Shown: positions 30,372 to 42,129, counted from the stretch's first letter. The stretch: 64,000 bases of DNA from Minisyncoccota bacterium (GCA_021734945.1 JAIPIA010000003.1:92895-156894); one strand, 5' to 3'. Notes: generated from the sequence alone by a model not told the origin. A program made the numbers and translations.

Positions 30372-31286
30372 TTATTTACTATTTTTACTTCTTTCCTGCC
30401 ACTTTTGCCATGTTACGAGAAGAGGTGAACCTATAAAGATAGATGAATAAGTTCCTACAGCAATTCCAAGAATGAGTGCTAGTGAGAAGTTTTCAGTTGT
30501 TTTTGGTCCAAATATATACAATGCAATGAGAGCAAGTATTGTTGTGAGTGAGGTATTTATTGATCGTGCAATTGTTTGAGATACACTCATTCCCACAATT
30601 TCTTCAAATGTTTTCTTGTTTGAAGAAGTACCAAATGCAAAGTTTTTGAGATTTTCTCGAGTTCGATCAAATACCACAATAGTATCGTGAATTGAAAATC
30701 CAAGAATTACCAAGAGAGCAGTAACAAAGAGTGCGTCAATTTCATATCCACCATTTCTTCCAAGATATGAGAATATTCCTGTAGGGATAATCACGTCATG
30801 GAACAATGCAACAATTGCAACAACACCGTATTTCCAAGAAGAAATTGGTCTTGAAACACCACGAAATGCGTACGTGATAAAGATAATGATTGCGAGAAGA
30901 ACAAGAACCATTGACCAGATTGCCTTACCTTGTAGTTCCTGTCCTAGAATTGGACCTACTGAATCAAATCTTTTTAATTCTCCACCAAGAGTTTGAACAA
31001 CTTTGTTTCGCTCTGCCTCATCAAGATTTTTTGTTCGTATAATAAAGCCATCATCACCAGCTTGTCGAACTACATATTCACCAATATTGAGTGCACCGAG
31101 TGCAGACTTTATTGAGTCAGCATTAGTTGTTCCACTACTCATATCTGGATATCTTACTTCAATAATAGAACCACCTTTGAAATCGATACCGAGATTTAAT
31201 CCATATTTGGCAACTGAAAAGATAGAGAAAGCGATAAGGATTACTGAGAATACGTAGAATATTTTTCTGTGTTTTACGATATACAT
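30372..31286 (-). CDS. secF: Protein translocase subunit SecF
   Basis: The GIDFKGGSIIEV motif, six TM segments, and a position immediately downstream of secD. Confidence 0.85.
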   Translation of the reverse strand: MYIVKHRKIFYVFSVILIAFSIFSVAKYGLNLGIDFKGGSIIEVRYPDMSSGTTNADSIKSALGALNIGEYVVRQAGDDGFIIRTKNLDEAERNKVVQTLGGELKRFDSVGPILGQELQGKAIWSMVLVLLAIIIFITYAFRGVSRPISSWKYGVVAIVALFHDVIIPTGIFSYLGRNGGYEIDALFVTALLVILGFSIHDTIVVFDRTRENLKNFAFGTSSNKKTFEEIVGMSVSQTIARSINTSLTTILALIALYIFGPKTTENFSLALILGIAVGTYSSIFIGSPLLVTWQKWQERSKNSK

Positions 31287-31319
31287 AATTTTATATTTAT
31301 TTTAAATTTGCGTAAACGA

Positions 31320-32669
31320 CTATTTACGTAAACCGTTACCGAATAAGAACTTTGCGATACCTTCATATTTCTTTACACCGAGAGCCATAAGAAGTGTCCG
31401 TGACACTGTAATTGCAGTAAACATAGATACAACTACACCAAGAATAAATACCAGTGAGAAACCTCTGATAAGCGGTGATGTCGCGGTAAAGAACAGAATA
31501 AGACCTGTAATAATACTTGAGGTATTACTATCTCGAATCGAAAGCCATGCTCGAGCAAAACCCTCTTTGATACCATCTTCTACGCTTAGTCCTCTAGCAA
31601 ACTCCTCTTTCATTCTTTCAAATATAAGAATATTTCCATCCACCGCCATACCTAGAGAAATGATAAGTCCCGCGAGTCCTGCAGACGTAAGAACAATACC
31701 AAATACCTTAAATAAAGTTAGAGTAATTACTGTATAGAGTGAAAGTGAGATAACTGCAAGAATACCTGGAAGTCTGTACCAGAAGAGTAAAAACACACTG
31801 ATAATAATAAGTCCCCAAACACCTGCCACAACACTTGCGTGGAGCGCATCTATACCAAGTGATGCCCCAATAGACTGAGTACCAATGAGGCTGATGGGTA
31901 CAGGAAGCGCACCGTACTTAAGATCACGAGCAAGGTCTCGAGCTTCAGTTGGAGTAAATCGTCCTGAAATAACTGCCTTTCCATCTGTAATAGCCTGCTG
32001 AACTACTGGAGTAGAGATAGGTCGGCCATCAAGGAAAATCGCAACTGTCTTACCAATATTTGCGGATGTTATTTCACCAAAGAGTTTTTTACCTTCATCG
32101 TTAAAAACAAGACTCACGAGAGGTTGTCTTGTATTCTGATCAAATTCAACTCGTGCAGACTGGAGGAATCGCCCCGTCAAAGCTGTAGTTTCATACTCTA
32201 CGTTGTAGATACCATCTGTTGTCGAAGCGTTTGCATTTGCAGCAGCTGAAGCAGCAGTTGTACTAGTCGCCTTTTCTGTTTTAAATTCTAGTACAGGAGT
32301 TTTACCAATTAGTTCAACAGCTTTGTTTACATCCGTAACACCTGGAAGTTCGACAATGAGCTTTTGTATCTGAGTCCCACCAACTGTACTTTTTTCAGTT
32401 TGAATAATAGGTTCCGCGACACCAAAAGCATTGATTCGAGCTTCAATAACCATCTTAAGGCTTTCCATTGCTCCAGTGACATCACTTACTGGAATCTTAG
32501 ATGTATCAGCTTGATAAATAAGGTGTGTTCCTCCACTCAGGTCAAGACCTAGTTTAAAAGGAAATTTTGATATGAAGCCATTACCAGGCTGTTCTGAATA
32601 GTGCACAAAAGAGCCGAGGAGGATTCCAACGACAAGCAGGGCAATTGCAGTGATTCGTTTCTTTAACAT
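31320..32669 (-). CDS. secD: Protein translocase subunit SecD
   Basis: LGLDLSGGTHLIYQAD, a large periplasmic loop and six TM segments. Confidence 0.85.
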   Translation of the reverse strand: MLKKRITAIALLVVGILLGSFVHYSEQPGNGFISKFPFKLGLDLSGGTHLIYQADTSKIPVSDVTGAMESLKMVIEARINAFGVAEPIIQTEKSTVGGTQIQKLIVELPGVTDVNKAVELIGKTPVLEFKTEKATSTTAASAAANANASTTDGIYNVEYETTALTGRFLQSARVEFDQNTRQPLVSLVFNDEGKKLFGEITSANIGKTVAIFLDGRPISTPVVQQAITDGKAVISGRFTPTEARDLARDLKYGALPVPISLIGTQSIGASLGIDALHASVVAGVWGLIIISVFLLFWYRLPGILAVISLSLYTVITLTLFKVFGIVLTSAGLAGLIISLGMAVDGNILIFERMKEEFARGLSVEDGIKEGFARAWLSIRDSNTSSIITGLILFFTATSPLIRGFSLVFILGVVVSMFTAITVSRTLLMALGVKKYEGIAKFLFGNGLRK

Positions 32670-32784
32670 GTAATCTGAATTATTTGATAAATATGGGTCA
32701 ATTATACAGAGAATTACCCCTAGAGCAACTACGAAACAACCTGCAAATCCTACACTTTTGCGAACCTAATCGATTTAAGGAGAA

Positions 32785-34137
32785 TTAGACCCCTACCCTA
32801 GAAAGTAATGTTTTTACTGTTTGAAGTGCGATTTTTAGATCAAGCCACACAGACCGGTGCTTTATATAATACAAATCATATGCAAGTTTTTCTTTTGTCT
32901 CCTCAACTGAGTGTGGTGGCTTCTCATGGTGAATCTGCGCCCAACCTGATAGTCCTGGTTTAATAAGATGACGTACATTGTAATGAGGAATTTCTACTTT
33001 ATAAAATTCTACGAGCTTTGGAAGTTCAGGTCGTGGACCTATAAGAGAAGTCTCACCTTTCAATATAGCCCAAAGCTGTGGAAATTCATCAAGACGTGAT
33101 TTTCGAAGGAATGAACCAAATTTTGTAATTCGCTGGTCATTTTTTGTAACCCAGGCTCCTGCATCATCAACTGTCATACTTCGGAACTTTGGTACATTCA
33201 CTAGTTTATCCCTTTCCCCCACTCTTTGTTGAAAAATGAGAACAGGACCTTTGTGTTCACCAAACTTTGAAGCTATCCAGACTACTGGGTAAAAAAGAAT
33301 CGGTACAATACAAAGTGGCAAAGATATGGCTATATCCATCGCTCGTTTGAGGAAGTCATAAATCACATTTGGCTCAATAGATGCGTGTTTAAGAAACCAA
33401 ACCTCATTTATGAGACCAAGTGGAACCTTGTCGGTAATGTCTTCATACACATTTTGTATTTCGACAAATTGGATATTATTAAAAATAAGACTGTATAAAG
33501 TATCAGCATGCTTTTGAATAACTGGATTAATAAGATCAACAGCAATAACGGCATGAGGATGAGAAGTAACTAAGTTTTTAATTTTATTAATTAATTCCAA
33601 ACTTTCTAAATTTTCAAAGAAAGATGGCTTTAATATTTCCACAATATGTACAGGTGAATTTGAAGCAGACTTTATCTTCTGATCAAGATAATCGATATCA
33701 TCACCCTCAGCTAAGACGATAAGAGGTACACTATTTTGTTTAACAAGCTTTGGATACACAAAAAATCTCCACAATGAAATAAGAACTGATGAAACTACCA
33801 CATAGAGCACAAGAATTACTTTCGGCGTAATTCCAAAATATGGGACGATGTAAAAGAATACAGTAGCAATAGCTAAATTAAAAAGATGTGCCGCGAATAC
33901 ACGTCGAGGGAGTTTGCTCTTTATAAGTAACGTATGAGAATCATATAGACCTGATATAAAAAAAACTAAAAGCCAAGCGGTAAAGATAAAGATAAAAGGA
34001 GACAAAAGAGCAGTAAAATCCTCACCTGAAGGAATGGCTAAGTTTCGAAGCAATAAAGCTACCCAAAGAGAAATGACAAATACAGCAATATCCCCTACTA
34101 AAAGAGTAACAAATTGTCTTTTGCGTGTTGTGGCCAT
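32785..34137 (-). CDS. Polyprenyl-phosphate sugar phosphotransferase (bacterial sugar transferase, WbaP/EpsL-like)
   Basis: A C-terminal domain with PLCIVPILFY...KFGEHKGPVLIFQQRVGERDKLVNVPKFRSM...DEFPQLWAILKGETSLIGPRPELP. The start was placed at MATTRKRQ (34137) rather than the track start at 34209. Confidence 0.8.
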   Translation of the reverse strand: MATTRKRQFVTLLVGDIAVFVISLWVALLLRNLAIPSGEDFTALLSPFIFIFTAWLLVFFISGLYDSHTLLIKSKLPRRVFAAHLFNLAIATVFFYIVPYFGITPKVILVLYVVVSSVLISLWRFFVYPKLVKQNSVPLIVLAEGDDIDYLDQKIKSASNSPVHIVEILKPSFFENLESLELINKIKNLVTSHPHAVIAVDLINPVIQKHADTLYSLIFNNIQFVEIQNVYEDITDKVPLGLINEVWFLKHASIEPNVIYDFLKRAMDIAISLPLCIVPILFYPVVWIASKFGEHKGPVLIFQQRVGERDKLVNVPKFRSMTVDDAGAWVTKNDQRITKFGSFLRKSRLDEFPQLWAILKGETSLIGPRPELPKLVEFYKVEIPHYNVRHLIKPGLSGWAQIHHEKPPHSVEETKEKLAYDLYYIKHRSVWLDLKIALQTVKTLLSRVGV

Positions 34138-34164
34138 ACTGTGAGATACTATACTATATCCATT

Positions 34165-35403
34165 ATGAAAGAAAAGACATCTGAGAACCACGGTCAAACT
34201 GAGAAACAAAACAAGCGCCCTGAAAAAATACTATTCGTCATTACAAAATCTAATTTTGGAGGTGCTCAAAGGTATGTATTTGAGCTTGCCACTCGCCTTT
34301 CAAAAGAAGGTAACAAAGTAGCAGTTGCGCTCGGTGGTGCTGGAGTTTTAAAAACAAAACTAGAAGAGGCAGGGATTGAAATTTTTCCTATATCAAGCGC
34401 ACAACGCGATATCAGTGTCACAAAAGAGATAAAAGTACTCTGGCGGTTATATTCTATCGTCCGTATATACAAGCCAACTATCGTCCATCTAAATAGTCCA
34501 AAAATTGGTGGCCTCGGAGCTGTTGCAACTCGTATAGGAAGTTTTATAAATAACATGTTCGGCAAAGGTTCTTTTGTTAAAAAAATTATTTATACAAACC
34601 ACGGTTGGCCTTTTAATGAACCTCGTCCAGAGTGGCAACAGATTACTATCCGAATATTCTCATGGTTAACTGTATTTGTAGGGGGCACTACGATAGTATT
34701 ATCTGAAACAGAACGTAATGACGTGAAAAGTTGGCCTTTTGTGCAAAAAAAGTTTTCAATAATAACAAATGGGGTTGCTACATTTAATCTGCTACACAAA
34801 AAAGAAGCACTCACAACTCTCGTTGGAGAAGTGAAGGCAGAACAATGGTTAAACGAAGGGAGAACTATTATTGGTACAATTTCAGAATTACACAAAAACA
34901 AAGGTCTAATTTTTGCATTAGAAGGATTGAACTCATATATTGAGCAGTATCCTGAACAAAAGATTGCATACGTCATAATTGGTGAGGGTGAGATGCGTTC
35001 TGAAATTGAAACTCTAATACGTAATCTATCCTCTCTGAAACCTGAGCAGATTATCCTTGCTGGTCATGTGAATGAGGCTCGCGAATATCTCCAGGCATTC
35101 GACCTCTTTTTGCTTTCATCTGTCAAAGAAGGTCTACCGTTCGCCTTATTAGAAGCTGGATATGCCGGCATACCTGTTATTAGTACATCAGTTGGAGGCA
35201 TTCCTGAGGTAATACAAAATCTAGAAAATGGAATCCTCATCGCCCCAAGACGCCCACAAGAGATTAAGAATGCGCTTGTTTATCTTAATGAACACCCTGA
35301 AGTAAAGGAGCAAATGGTTAAGAAGTTCAAAGAAAAGATAAACCAAAAATATAACTTTGAATTAATTGTCGCCGACATAAAGAAGCTCTACGAGATAAAA
35401 TAG
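34165..35403 (+). CDS. GT4 (group 1) glycosyltransferase
   Basis: ILFVITKSNFGGAQRYVFELA at the N-terminus and LLSSVKEGLPFALLEAGYAGIPVISTSVGGIPEV (E-x7-E). The start was placed at MKEKTSE (34165). Confidence 0.75.
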   Translation: MKEKTSENHGQTEKQNKRPEKILFVITKSNFGGAQRYVFELATRLSKEGNKVAVALGGAGVLKTKLEEAGIEIFPISSAQRDISVTKEIKVLWRLYSIVRIYKPTIVHLNSPKIGGLGAVATRIGSFINNMFGKGSFVKKIIYTNHGWPFNEPRPEWQQITIRIFSWLTVFVGGTTIVLSETERNDVKSWPFVQKKFSIITNGVATFNLLHKKEALTTLVGEVKAEQWLNEGRTIIGTISELHKNKGLIFALEGLNSYIEQYPEQKIAYVIIGEGEMRSEIETLIRNLSSLKPEQIILAGHVNEAREYLQAFDLFLLSSVKEGLPFALLEAGYAGIPVISTSVGGIPEVIQNLENGILIAPRRPQEIKNALVYLNEHPEVKEQMVKKFKEKINQKYNFELIVADIKKLYEIK

Positions 35404-35421
35404 TTTTATATTTTAATAAAA

Positions 35422-36537
35422 CTACACACCTAGAAACTCATTTTTGATTACCTCACGATGCGTTGCTCGCGAATATCTAATCATACCCATAAGTATCCCC
35501 AGACCTATAAACTCGGTCACCAAATGAGAACCACCATAACTCATGAATGGCACCGGAATACCTGTTACAGGCATCACTCCAATATTCATACCAATATTTA
35601 TAGTAAGGTGCACCATGAAAAATATTGCAAGGCCCATCGCATATAATGTTTCAAAATTTGTCTCGCCTCTCATGGCCCATACAATAATTCTACCAATGAT
35701 GATTATATAAAGTATAAAAAGTATTATTACCCCGACGAATCCCCACTCCTCTGCAAACGCAGCGAAAATAAAGTCTGTTTCGTATTCAGGTAAAAATTTG
35801 AGTCTAGACTGTGTTCCATATCCAATCCCCTTGCCAACAACCTCACCCGACCCAACAGTGATCATAGCTTGATACGCGTTATATCCACTACCTCGTATAT
35901 CGGCCAATGGATTTATAAAGTTCATGATTCTGTGTTTTTGGTATTCTTTAAACCCAAAATTCCAAAGTCCTGCAAATGATATAACTCCAATCGCAAAAAC
36001 AAGTGCAAGATGCTTTTTTGAAATACCTGAGATAAGAACCATACCTAACCAAATAGAAAAAATAGTAATAGCAGATCCGAAGTCAGGCTGTAGGGCAACA
36101 AGAAGAAAAAGAATACCGGCATACACGGCAGAAACAATAATATGTCTAATGTGTGCAATTTGGACATGGCGTCTTGAGAAGTATTTTGCTAACAGTAGGA
36201 TAAGTACCAGTTTTACAAAGTCGACCGGCTGGATCGAAAATAGGCCGAAATTAAGCCATGATTTAGCACCTTTTGAGACATACCCCACTATAAAAAGTGA
36301 GAGTAAAGCTAAGGCTGAAAAAAGGTACAAAGATACAATGACATATGTTCTACGCAAAAATCTAAAATCAATAAAACTGCATATAAAAAATAGCAAAAAA
36401 GAAACTCCTATCCAGATAAGTTGTCTCCCCGCATAGTTTCCCTCTCCAGTAAAAGAATTCATAGTTAAAAGACTAATTATCAAAATTGGAATTAGTGAAC
36501 CGACGATATACCAATCAATTTTTAGTGCTCTAAACAT
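35422..36537 (-). CDS. ftsW: SEDS-family peptidoglycan glycosyltransferase (FtsW/RodA)
   Basis: Ten TM segments and conserved SEDS blocks including DFIFAAFAEEWGFVG and PFMSYGGSHL. Confidence 0.85.
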   Translation of the reverse strand: MFRALKIDWYIVGSLIPILIISLLTMNSFTGEGNYAGRQLIWIGVSFLLFFICSFIDFRFLRRTYVIVSLYLFSALALLSLFIVGYVSKGAKSWLNFGLFSIQPVDFVKLVLILLLAKYFSRRHVQIAHIRHIIVSAVYAGILFLLVALQPDFGSAITIFSIWLGMVLISGISKKHLALVFAIGVISFAGLWNFGFKEYQKHRIMNFINPLADIRGSGYNAYQAMITVGSGEVVGKGIGYGTQSRLKFLPEYETDFIFAAFAEEWGFVGVIILFILYIIIIGRIIVWAMRGETNFETLYAMGLAIFFMVHLTINIGMNIGVMPVTGIPVPFMSYGGSHLVTEFIGLGILMGMIRYSRATHREVIKNEFLGV

Positions 36538-36596
36538 TATTTAAAAAATATGTAAATCCAAACAAAAGGTTAATCCAACAATACAAGTAAACAATA

Positions 36597-37361
36597 CTAA
36601 ATCGGCAACTTAGGAATAATCTCCACCTTAGACACTTCATCAGTAAAACCTGTAGGCCATGTAAATACAAGAGGAGATTCATCATTCCCACGAATAATAT
36701 CTACAACAGTCTTCGAAGCTGCAAAAGCGTTACCTTCTTTATTATAGATAATCGCAACGACTTCAATATTTGTATATTTATTGATGGTTTTATTTAATAA
36801 AGTTGCCTTAATAGTAGGAGTTGTCGTAGCAAAAAGGACTCTCTCATCAATAACATCAAGTTCAGGTTTAGACGCTTCAAACTTATTCCACACAGCAGGT
36901 GCCGTAAATTCAAACACCGCTTTCGCTGGTTCACGCGTACCTGCATCAAACGCAGGTTCAAATATTGGGAAAGTTTTTGCTGGTGGAACGCGAGCATACC
37001 CTTCTCTCGTGCCAAGCAATACATTTTCCTTATCGTATACAAGGAAAATGTAAGGAATTGGTTCTGCTGTGTAATTTACATTTGGATTTTGTACGTACGC
37101 AACTAAGTTGTTAAGCCCACGTGCAACATTAAAAGAACGAGACCATGTGACTATAGGCTCTGGTAAAACATCACGTGAACACGCTCTTTCACAAGAACCT
37201 CCACAATCAACCTCGACTTCCCTGCCATTCATTTTTCCATCAAAACAAGTTGGAAGTGCATTAAAAAAAACAAAATAGACAGGAATACCAACAATCAAAA
37301 TAAGAAATAGGAGTACTCCTGCACCATACATAAGTTGTCGCTGATGTGCCCAAGAAAACAT
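36597..37361 (-). CDS. Hypothetical membrane-anchored exported protein with a Cys-cluster near the N-terminus
   Basis: A TM helix at residues ~13-35, then CFDGKMNGREVEVDCGGSCERACS. Confidence 0.45.
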   Translation of the reverse strand: MFSWAHQRQLMYGAGVLLFLILIVGIPVYFVFFNALPTCFDGKMNGREVEVDCGGSCERACSRDVLPEPIVTWSRSFNVARGLNNLVAYVQNPNVNYTAEPIPYIFLVYDKENVLLGTREGYARVPPAKTFPIFEPAFDAGTREPAKAVFEFTAPAVWNKFEASKPELDVIDERVLFATTTPTIKATLLNKTINKYTNIEVVAIIYNKEGNAFAASKTVVDIIRGNDESPLVFTWPTGFTDEVSKVEIIPKLPI

Positions 37362-37380
37362 GATATGTGCATTATATCAG

Positions 37381-37410
37381 ATAAACAAAAAGACCGCCTT
37401 TAGGGCGGAA
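37381..37410 (-). terminator. Intrinsic terminator closing the 23S-tRNA-5S transcript
   Basis: Plus-strand ccgcc-tttag-ggcgg, preceded by aaacaaaaag, which gives a T-run on the minus strand. Confidence 0.5.
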
Positions 37411-37491
37411 TTTTATTTTGCTTCTTGTATTGAAAGAGTCGGGGCTTATTATCTTATAAAAAATAATTGTTCGACTTATATTGACCACTCT

Positions 37492-37603
37492 GTTCTGGCG
37501 ACGAGCTACTTTTCCCACATAGTGAGTATCATTGCCCCTGAAGAGCTTAACTTCTGAGTGCGGAATGAGATCAGGTGTGACCTCTTCGGTGAGCCACCAG
37601 AAC
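37492..37603 (-). rRNA. rrf: 5S ribosomal RNA
   Basis: The reverse complement reads GUUCUGGUGGCUCACCGAAGAGGUCACACCUGAUCUCAUUCCGCACUCAGAAGUUAAGC...GUCGCCAGAAC. Helix I pairs and the loop-C CCGAACUCAGAAGUGAAAC-like block is present. Confidence 0.7.
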
Positions 37604-37674
37604 GCAATGGTCAATATAATTTTAAGGTTTAAGAGAAAGGGCAAATATTTTTGCCTTTGTTTTGCCTAAATGAA

Positions 37675-37748
37675 TGGGCCGTGTGCGAGGAATTGAACCT
37701 CGTCCTCTCGGTTAACAGCCGAGCGCTCTAACGATGAGCTACACACGA
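37675..37748 (-). tRNA. tRNA-Asn (anticodon GUU) with an encoded CCA; it sits between 23S and 5S
   Basis: The reverse complement folds as TCGTGTG-TA-GCTC-ATCGTTA-GAGC-G-CTCGG-CTGTTAA-CCGAG-AGGA-CGAGG-TTCAATT-CCTCG-CACACGG-C-CCA. Position 1-72 is a U-G pair. Confidence 0.7.
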
Positions 37749-38138
37749 CGGCTATTGAGAGTAATCAATGAACAACTCTCTCTTAAACCTTAAAATTCTC
37801 AATTTCAATACAAGTAACAAATAAAAGTGATCGTGATAATCATATTTCCTAATAGAATCGATGCATTAGTACACCTCAGCTCAACGTATTACTACGCTTA
37901 CACTTAGTGCCTATCAACGTGATCATCTCTCACGGATCTCAAACGATACCTAATCTTGAAGCTGGCTTCGCTCTTAGATGCTTTCAGAGCTTATCCATTC
38001 CCAACATAGCTACCCTGCAATGCCACGGGCGTGACAACAGGTACACCAGAGGTCAGTTCACCCCGGTCCTCTCGTACTAAGGGCAAATCTTCTCAAGTAT
38101 CAACGCCTGCAGTAGATAGGAGACCAACCTGTCTCACG

Positions 38139-38493
38139 CATGTTTTTCACTTATTACTAAGTGCATTGGACTATATCTTCATCTGTTCATATATCGAAGT
38201 GATATTTGAATTGAGATGGCTTACGTTTAGTCTCTACGGGCTTCACAAACTGTGAATTCCCTCGGTGTTATCCATACATACTCCTGTATGTACCGGACTT
38301 CCCCGATATAAGTAAGCTGTGTCATATATATCACTATGTATGACCGCCGTGTATAGGTTGTATCTCTATAATTTAATTATGTTAACAGTTTTCATTCTCA
38401 TTTAAGAGATTTGATGTCCTCGGTGGATTCAGACTGTTCAGTGGCCAAAATAAAAACTTTGTATTGCTACATCATAATTACCTTAAACACTGA
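38139..38493 (-). ncRNA. ORF-less group I intron (355 nt) in 23S domain VI, near E. coli position ~2590 between ...GACCGU and CGUGAGACAG
   Basis: The exon junction restores the conserved ...GUUCAGACCGU|CGUGAGACAGGUUGG. The 5' exon ends in U and the intron ends in G. The P7 elements CCCGUAGAGACUAAACGU and GAUAUAGUCC match the Tetrahymena ACAGACUAAAUGU / AUAUAGUC. No ORF longer than 90 aa lies inside. Confidence 0.7.
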
Positions 38494-38827
38494 ACGGTCT
38501 GAACCCAGCTCGCGTGACTTTTTAATTAGCGAACAGCTAAACCCTTGGGACCTTCTCCAGCCCCAGGATAAGTCGAGCCGACATCGAGGTGCCGAACTCC
38601 GCCGTCGATATGGACTCTTAGGCGGAACTAGCCTGTTATCCCCAGAGTAGCTTTTGTCAGATAATCTTTTGCCGCGTCTAAAGCGTACAATCGGTTCACT
38701 ACGTTCTGCTTTCGCATCTGCTTGACATTGACGTCTCACAGTTAAGCCGGCTTATGCCGTTGCACTATCGGCACGGTTTCCATTCGCGCCTAGCCGACCT
38801 TAATAAACTCCTCCGTTACTTTTTGGG

Positions 38828-39166
38828 CATTTGTGTTAGCTGCATGTCACCATGCAGATCGGACTATATAATTATCTTAAGATTTAATTTAAGATAGCTG
38901 GGTTGTAGTCTCTACGGGTGATCAAAACTTTTACATTTATCTCGTCCCTCGGAATTGTCTTAACTTTGCTTTCGGCACGATTAAGGTTTTTCCCGATATA
39001 ACCAACTTTGCTTACAATAATTGCTTACTGTAGTCCCCCTTTTTGTTTTTTTCGAAGAATGACGTCTTCTGGAGGCGCCACGGTTCAGAACACAATTTCT
39101 TAAAATAAATTAAGATTCACGGCAATTTAATTTTATTTAAATTGCAGTCTAATTGCATCCTGAAGG
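38828..39166 (-). ncRNA. Second ORF-less group I intron (~339 nt) in 23S domain V, just 3' of the P-loop (E. coli ~2255-2265)
   Basis: Flanking exon GGGGCGCUAU|...|CCCAAAAAGUAACGGAG aligns to E. coli GGGGCGGUCUCCUCCUAAAGAGUAACGGAG. The P7-like GUAGAGACUA and UAUAUAGUCC are present, as in the first intron. Boundaries are good to about 5 nt. Confidence 0.6.
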
Positions 39167-39476
39167 ATAGCGCCCCACCAAAACTGCCCACCAGATACTG
39201 TTCCTTCGCGTTTTTGCCGCGGAGGTTAGAACGTATGCTTTCACAGAGTGGTATTTCACTGACGAGTCCACCTAAACCGAAATCTAGATATCAACCTCTC
39301 CCACCTATGCTACGCAGTAAATACATACGCTCAATACCAAGTTGCAGTGAAGCTTCTGGGGTCTTTTCGTCTAACTGCAGGTAGGAGGCATCTTCACCTC
39401 CATTGCATTTTCACCGAGCGGGTCTTCGAGACAGTTCCCAAGTCATTACACCATTCGTGCGCGTCTGAACTTACCA

Positions 39477-39527
<51 letters not shown>

Positions 39528-40946
39528 CAGGGCTTACACCGTCCAGCACGCATATTGCTATGGCACCGCCGGCGTTTGACCTTCTGGCATTGGTCAGGTG
39601 TCACCCCCTATACATCGTCTTGCGACTTCGCAGGGAGCTGTGTTTTTGGTAAACAGTTGCTTGGGAAACTTTTGTTGCAACCCTCTTTTTAGGGAGGGCG
39701 AGCCTTATTCCGAAGTTACGGCTGCTTTTTTGCCGAGTTCCTTGAAGACCTCTCACTCGTTCGCCTTGGTCTACTCGACCTGATCACCTGTGTCGGTTTG
39801 CGGTACGGTTTTCGCATACATAAGTTTAGAAGATTTTCTCGGAAGCGTGCTTTATTAAATCGGTACAGGACGAATCCCGCACTGTATCACTCTGCTTGGA
39901 ATTGATATTAAAATCAGTCTGCGGATTTACCTACAGAACTTCCTCACAGCATGAACGCAAATCCAATTATGCGCTTAACATACTACACTTCGTCTCTCCA
40001 TCACTGCATGCGAAAGTCATGGAATATTAACCATGTGTCCATCGGGTTCGGATCTCTCCATCCCCTTAGGCCCGACTAACCCTTCGTCGACAATCGTTGC
40101 GAAGGAAACCTTGATCTTTCGGCGTCGGGGTTTTTCACCCCGATTGTGGTTACTTGTGCCAACATTCTTACTTCTTGACGCTCCAGCATGGGTCACCCCT
40201 TTGCCTTCATCGCGGACAAGAATACTCTCCTACCGATCCATCTGTCCGAAGACAAATGAATCCCTCAGTTTCGGTACTATGTTTTAACCCCGCTTATCTG
40301 CGGCGCAGAGTCTCTAGATGAGTGAGCTGTTACGCTATCTTTCAAGGATTGCTGCTTCTAAGCAAACCTCCTCATTGTCTCTGAAACTCCACCACCTTAA
40401 GTGTACTTAACATAGATTTAGGGACCTTAAATTGAGATCAGGGCTGTTTCCCTTTTGTCTGATGTAGCTTAGCCCACATAGACTGACTGCCACGCTATGA
40501 CTCTGAATATTCGGAGTTTGATAGGACTTGCGAGATTTCTCCCTGTCAAGTCCTTCCAGTGCTCTACCCCTCAGAGGAACACGTGACGCTAACCCAAAAG
40601 CTATTTCGGAGAGAACCAGCTATTACCAAGCTCGATTAGCTTTTCACTTCTTACCACAAGTCATCCCAATGAGTTGAACGACATACGGGTTCGGGCCTCC
40701 ATCTATCTTTCGATAAACTTCACCCTGCTCATGGTAAGCTCGCATTGGCTTCGGGTCTGATACATACTACGTACGCGCTATTCACACTCGGTTTCCCTGC
40801 GGCTCCATCCTCTCGGACTTAGCCTGCAGCATGTATCAACTCGTTGGCTCATTCTTCAATAGGCACGCCGTGACGGATATAAATATCCGCTCCGACTCCT
40901 TGTAGGCATATGGTTTCAGGTCTATTTCACCGCCCTTACCGGGCTG

Positions 40947-40983
<37 letters not shown>

Positions 40984-41995
40984 ATCACAACAGATATTTA
41001 GCCTTAGCAGTTAGTACTGCTGGATTCCTCCGAGCTATTCATGTCTCGAAGTACTCAAGAATGGAGATAAGAGACATTTTGTTTTCGCATACGGGACTAT
41101 CACCCTCTAGGGTCAAGCTTCCCAGCTTGTTATGCTAACAAAACGTTTTGTAACTCTTTGAATATAAATATTCCATCTCCACCTTACAACCCCGAGCTAC
41201 CCAATGGATTGTGCAAAATGTTTAACGACTTTACACTTTCCATTGGAAAGCTCGGTTTGGGCTCTTTCCCTTTCGCTCGCCGCTATTCAGGAAATATTTC
41301 TCTTACGAGATTGTTTTCTATTCCTCCAGGTACTGGAATGTTTTACTTCCCTGGGTGCGCATCCTGATAAATCAGGATTACAGATCAAGTCTGTAGGGTT
41401 TCCCCATTCGGATATCTCCGGATCAAAGATTGCTTAGCATCTCCCCGAAGCGTTTCGCCGCTATGCTGCGTCCTTCATCGCTCTGTTGTGTCAAGGCATC
41501 CACCATACGCCCTTATATTTCCATTAGGAAATATAAAAACCACAATCACTTTTATTTGTTACCTGTTCTCTCATTATTCTCTTGAGAAAGAATAATGAGT
41601 TTGTTGAAGGTTCAAACTGTTTAGTATTTTGCAATATTTTTAAGTTCAAGTTCTTACACTTGAAAATTAAACAGCTTGTTTTAGTACTTCAACTCTGTCT
41701 CCGGAAAAAAGACCTCAGAGATATGAGAGTTAAATTACCGCACACTACTTTTCAAATGAATGAAAAATCTTGTACGGCACTTCACTGCTCTCGTATCAAA
41801 GTCCAGGACAGTATTAAATTTACAAGGTGTATGTTGACTGGATGGTTTATGGTTTGCTGGTTTCTTTAAAAAAGAAATTCGCTCCCTTTTGGAGAGCGGT
41901 TTTCAAAATAGCACCTTAGGCTTTTAACAGCTTTGAGGCGCTACGTTGGATTTCCGCTGATCCTTCATAAACGATTAACATATCTGATAAGGGCT

Positions 41996-42023
41996 ATTAT
42001 ACAGACGTCGAAACCTTTGTCAA
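41996..42023 (-). promoter_or_regulatory. 23S operon promoter TTGACA-N16-TATAAT, about 460 nt upstream of the mature 23S 5' end
   Basis: The minus strand reads gTTGACAAAGGTTtcgacgtctgTATAATagcc. Confidence 0.5.
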
Positions 42024-42129
42024 CAACAAAAAGCATCTATTTCGCACTATCTGTGGTTAGACCTTAAATATCCTTCTTTATCAATATATTTTGTTGCTTA
42101 TAGCCTATTTTTAGGGCTATTTTAAAATA

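Noticed and set aside
36781-37053. Overlapping ORFs 36781..37053 (+) and 36794..37042 (-) within the 254-aa hypothetical gene
   Set aside because: They are shadow ORFs of the longer minus-strand gene.
38031-38739. Track ORFs 38031..38255, 38411..38650 and 38467..38739, plus others at 39142..41869, lying inside the 23S rRNA and its introns
   Set aside because: They overlap rRNA or intron sequence. They are short with skewed composition such as Arg/Ser-rich. None reaches homing-endonuclease size or carries LAGLIDADG or GIY-YIG motifs.
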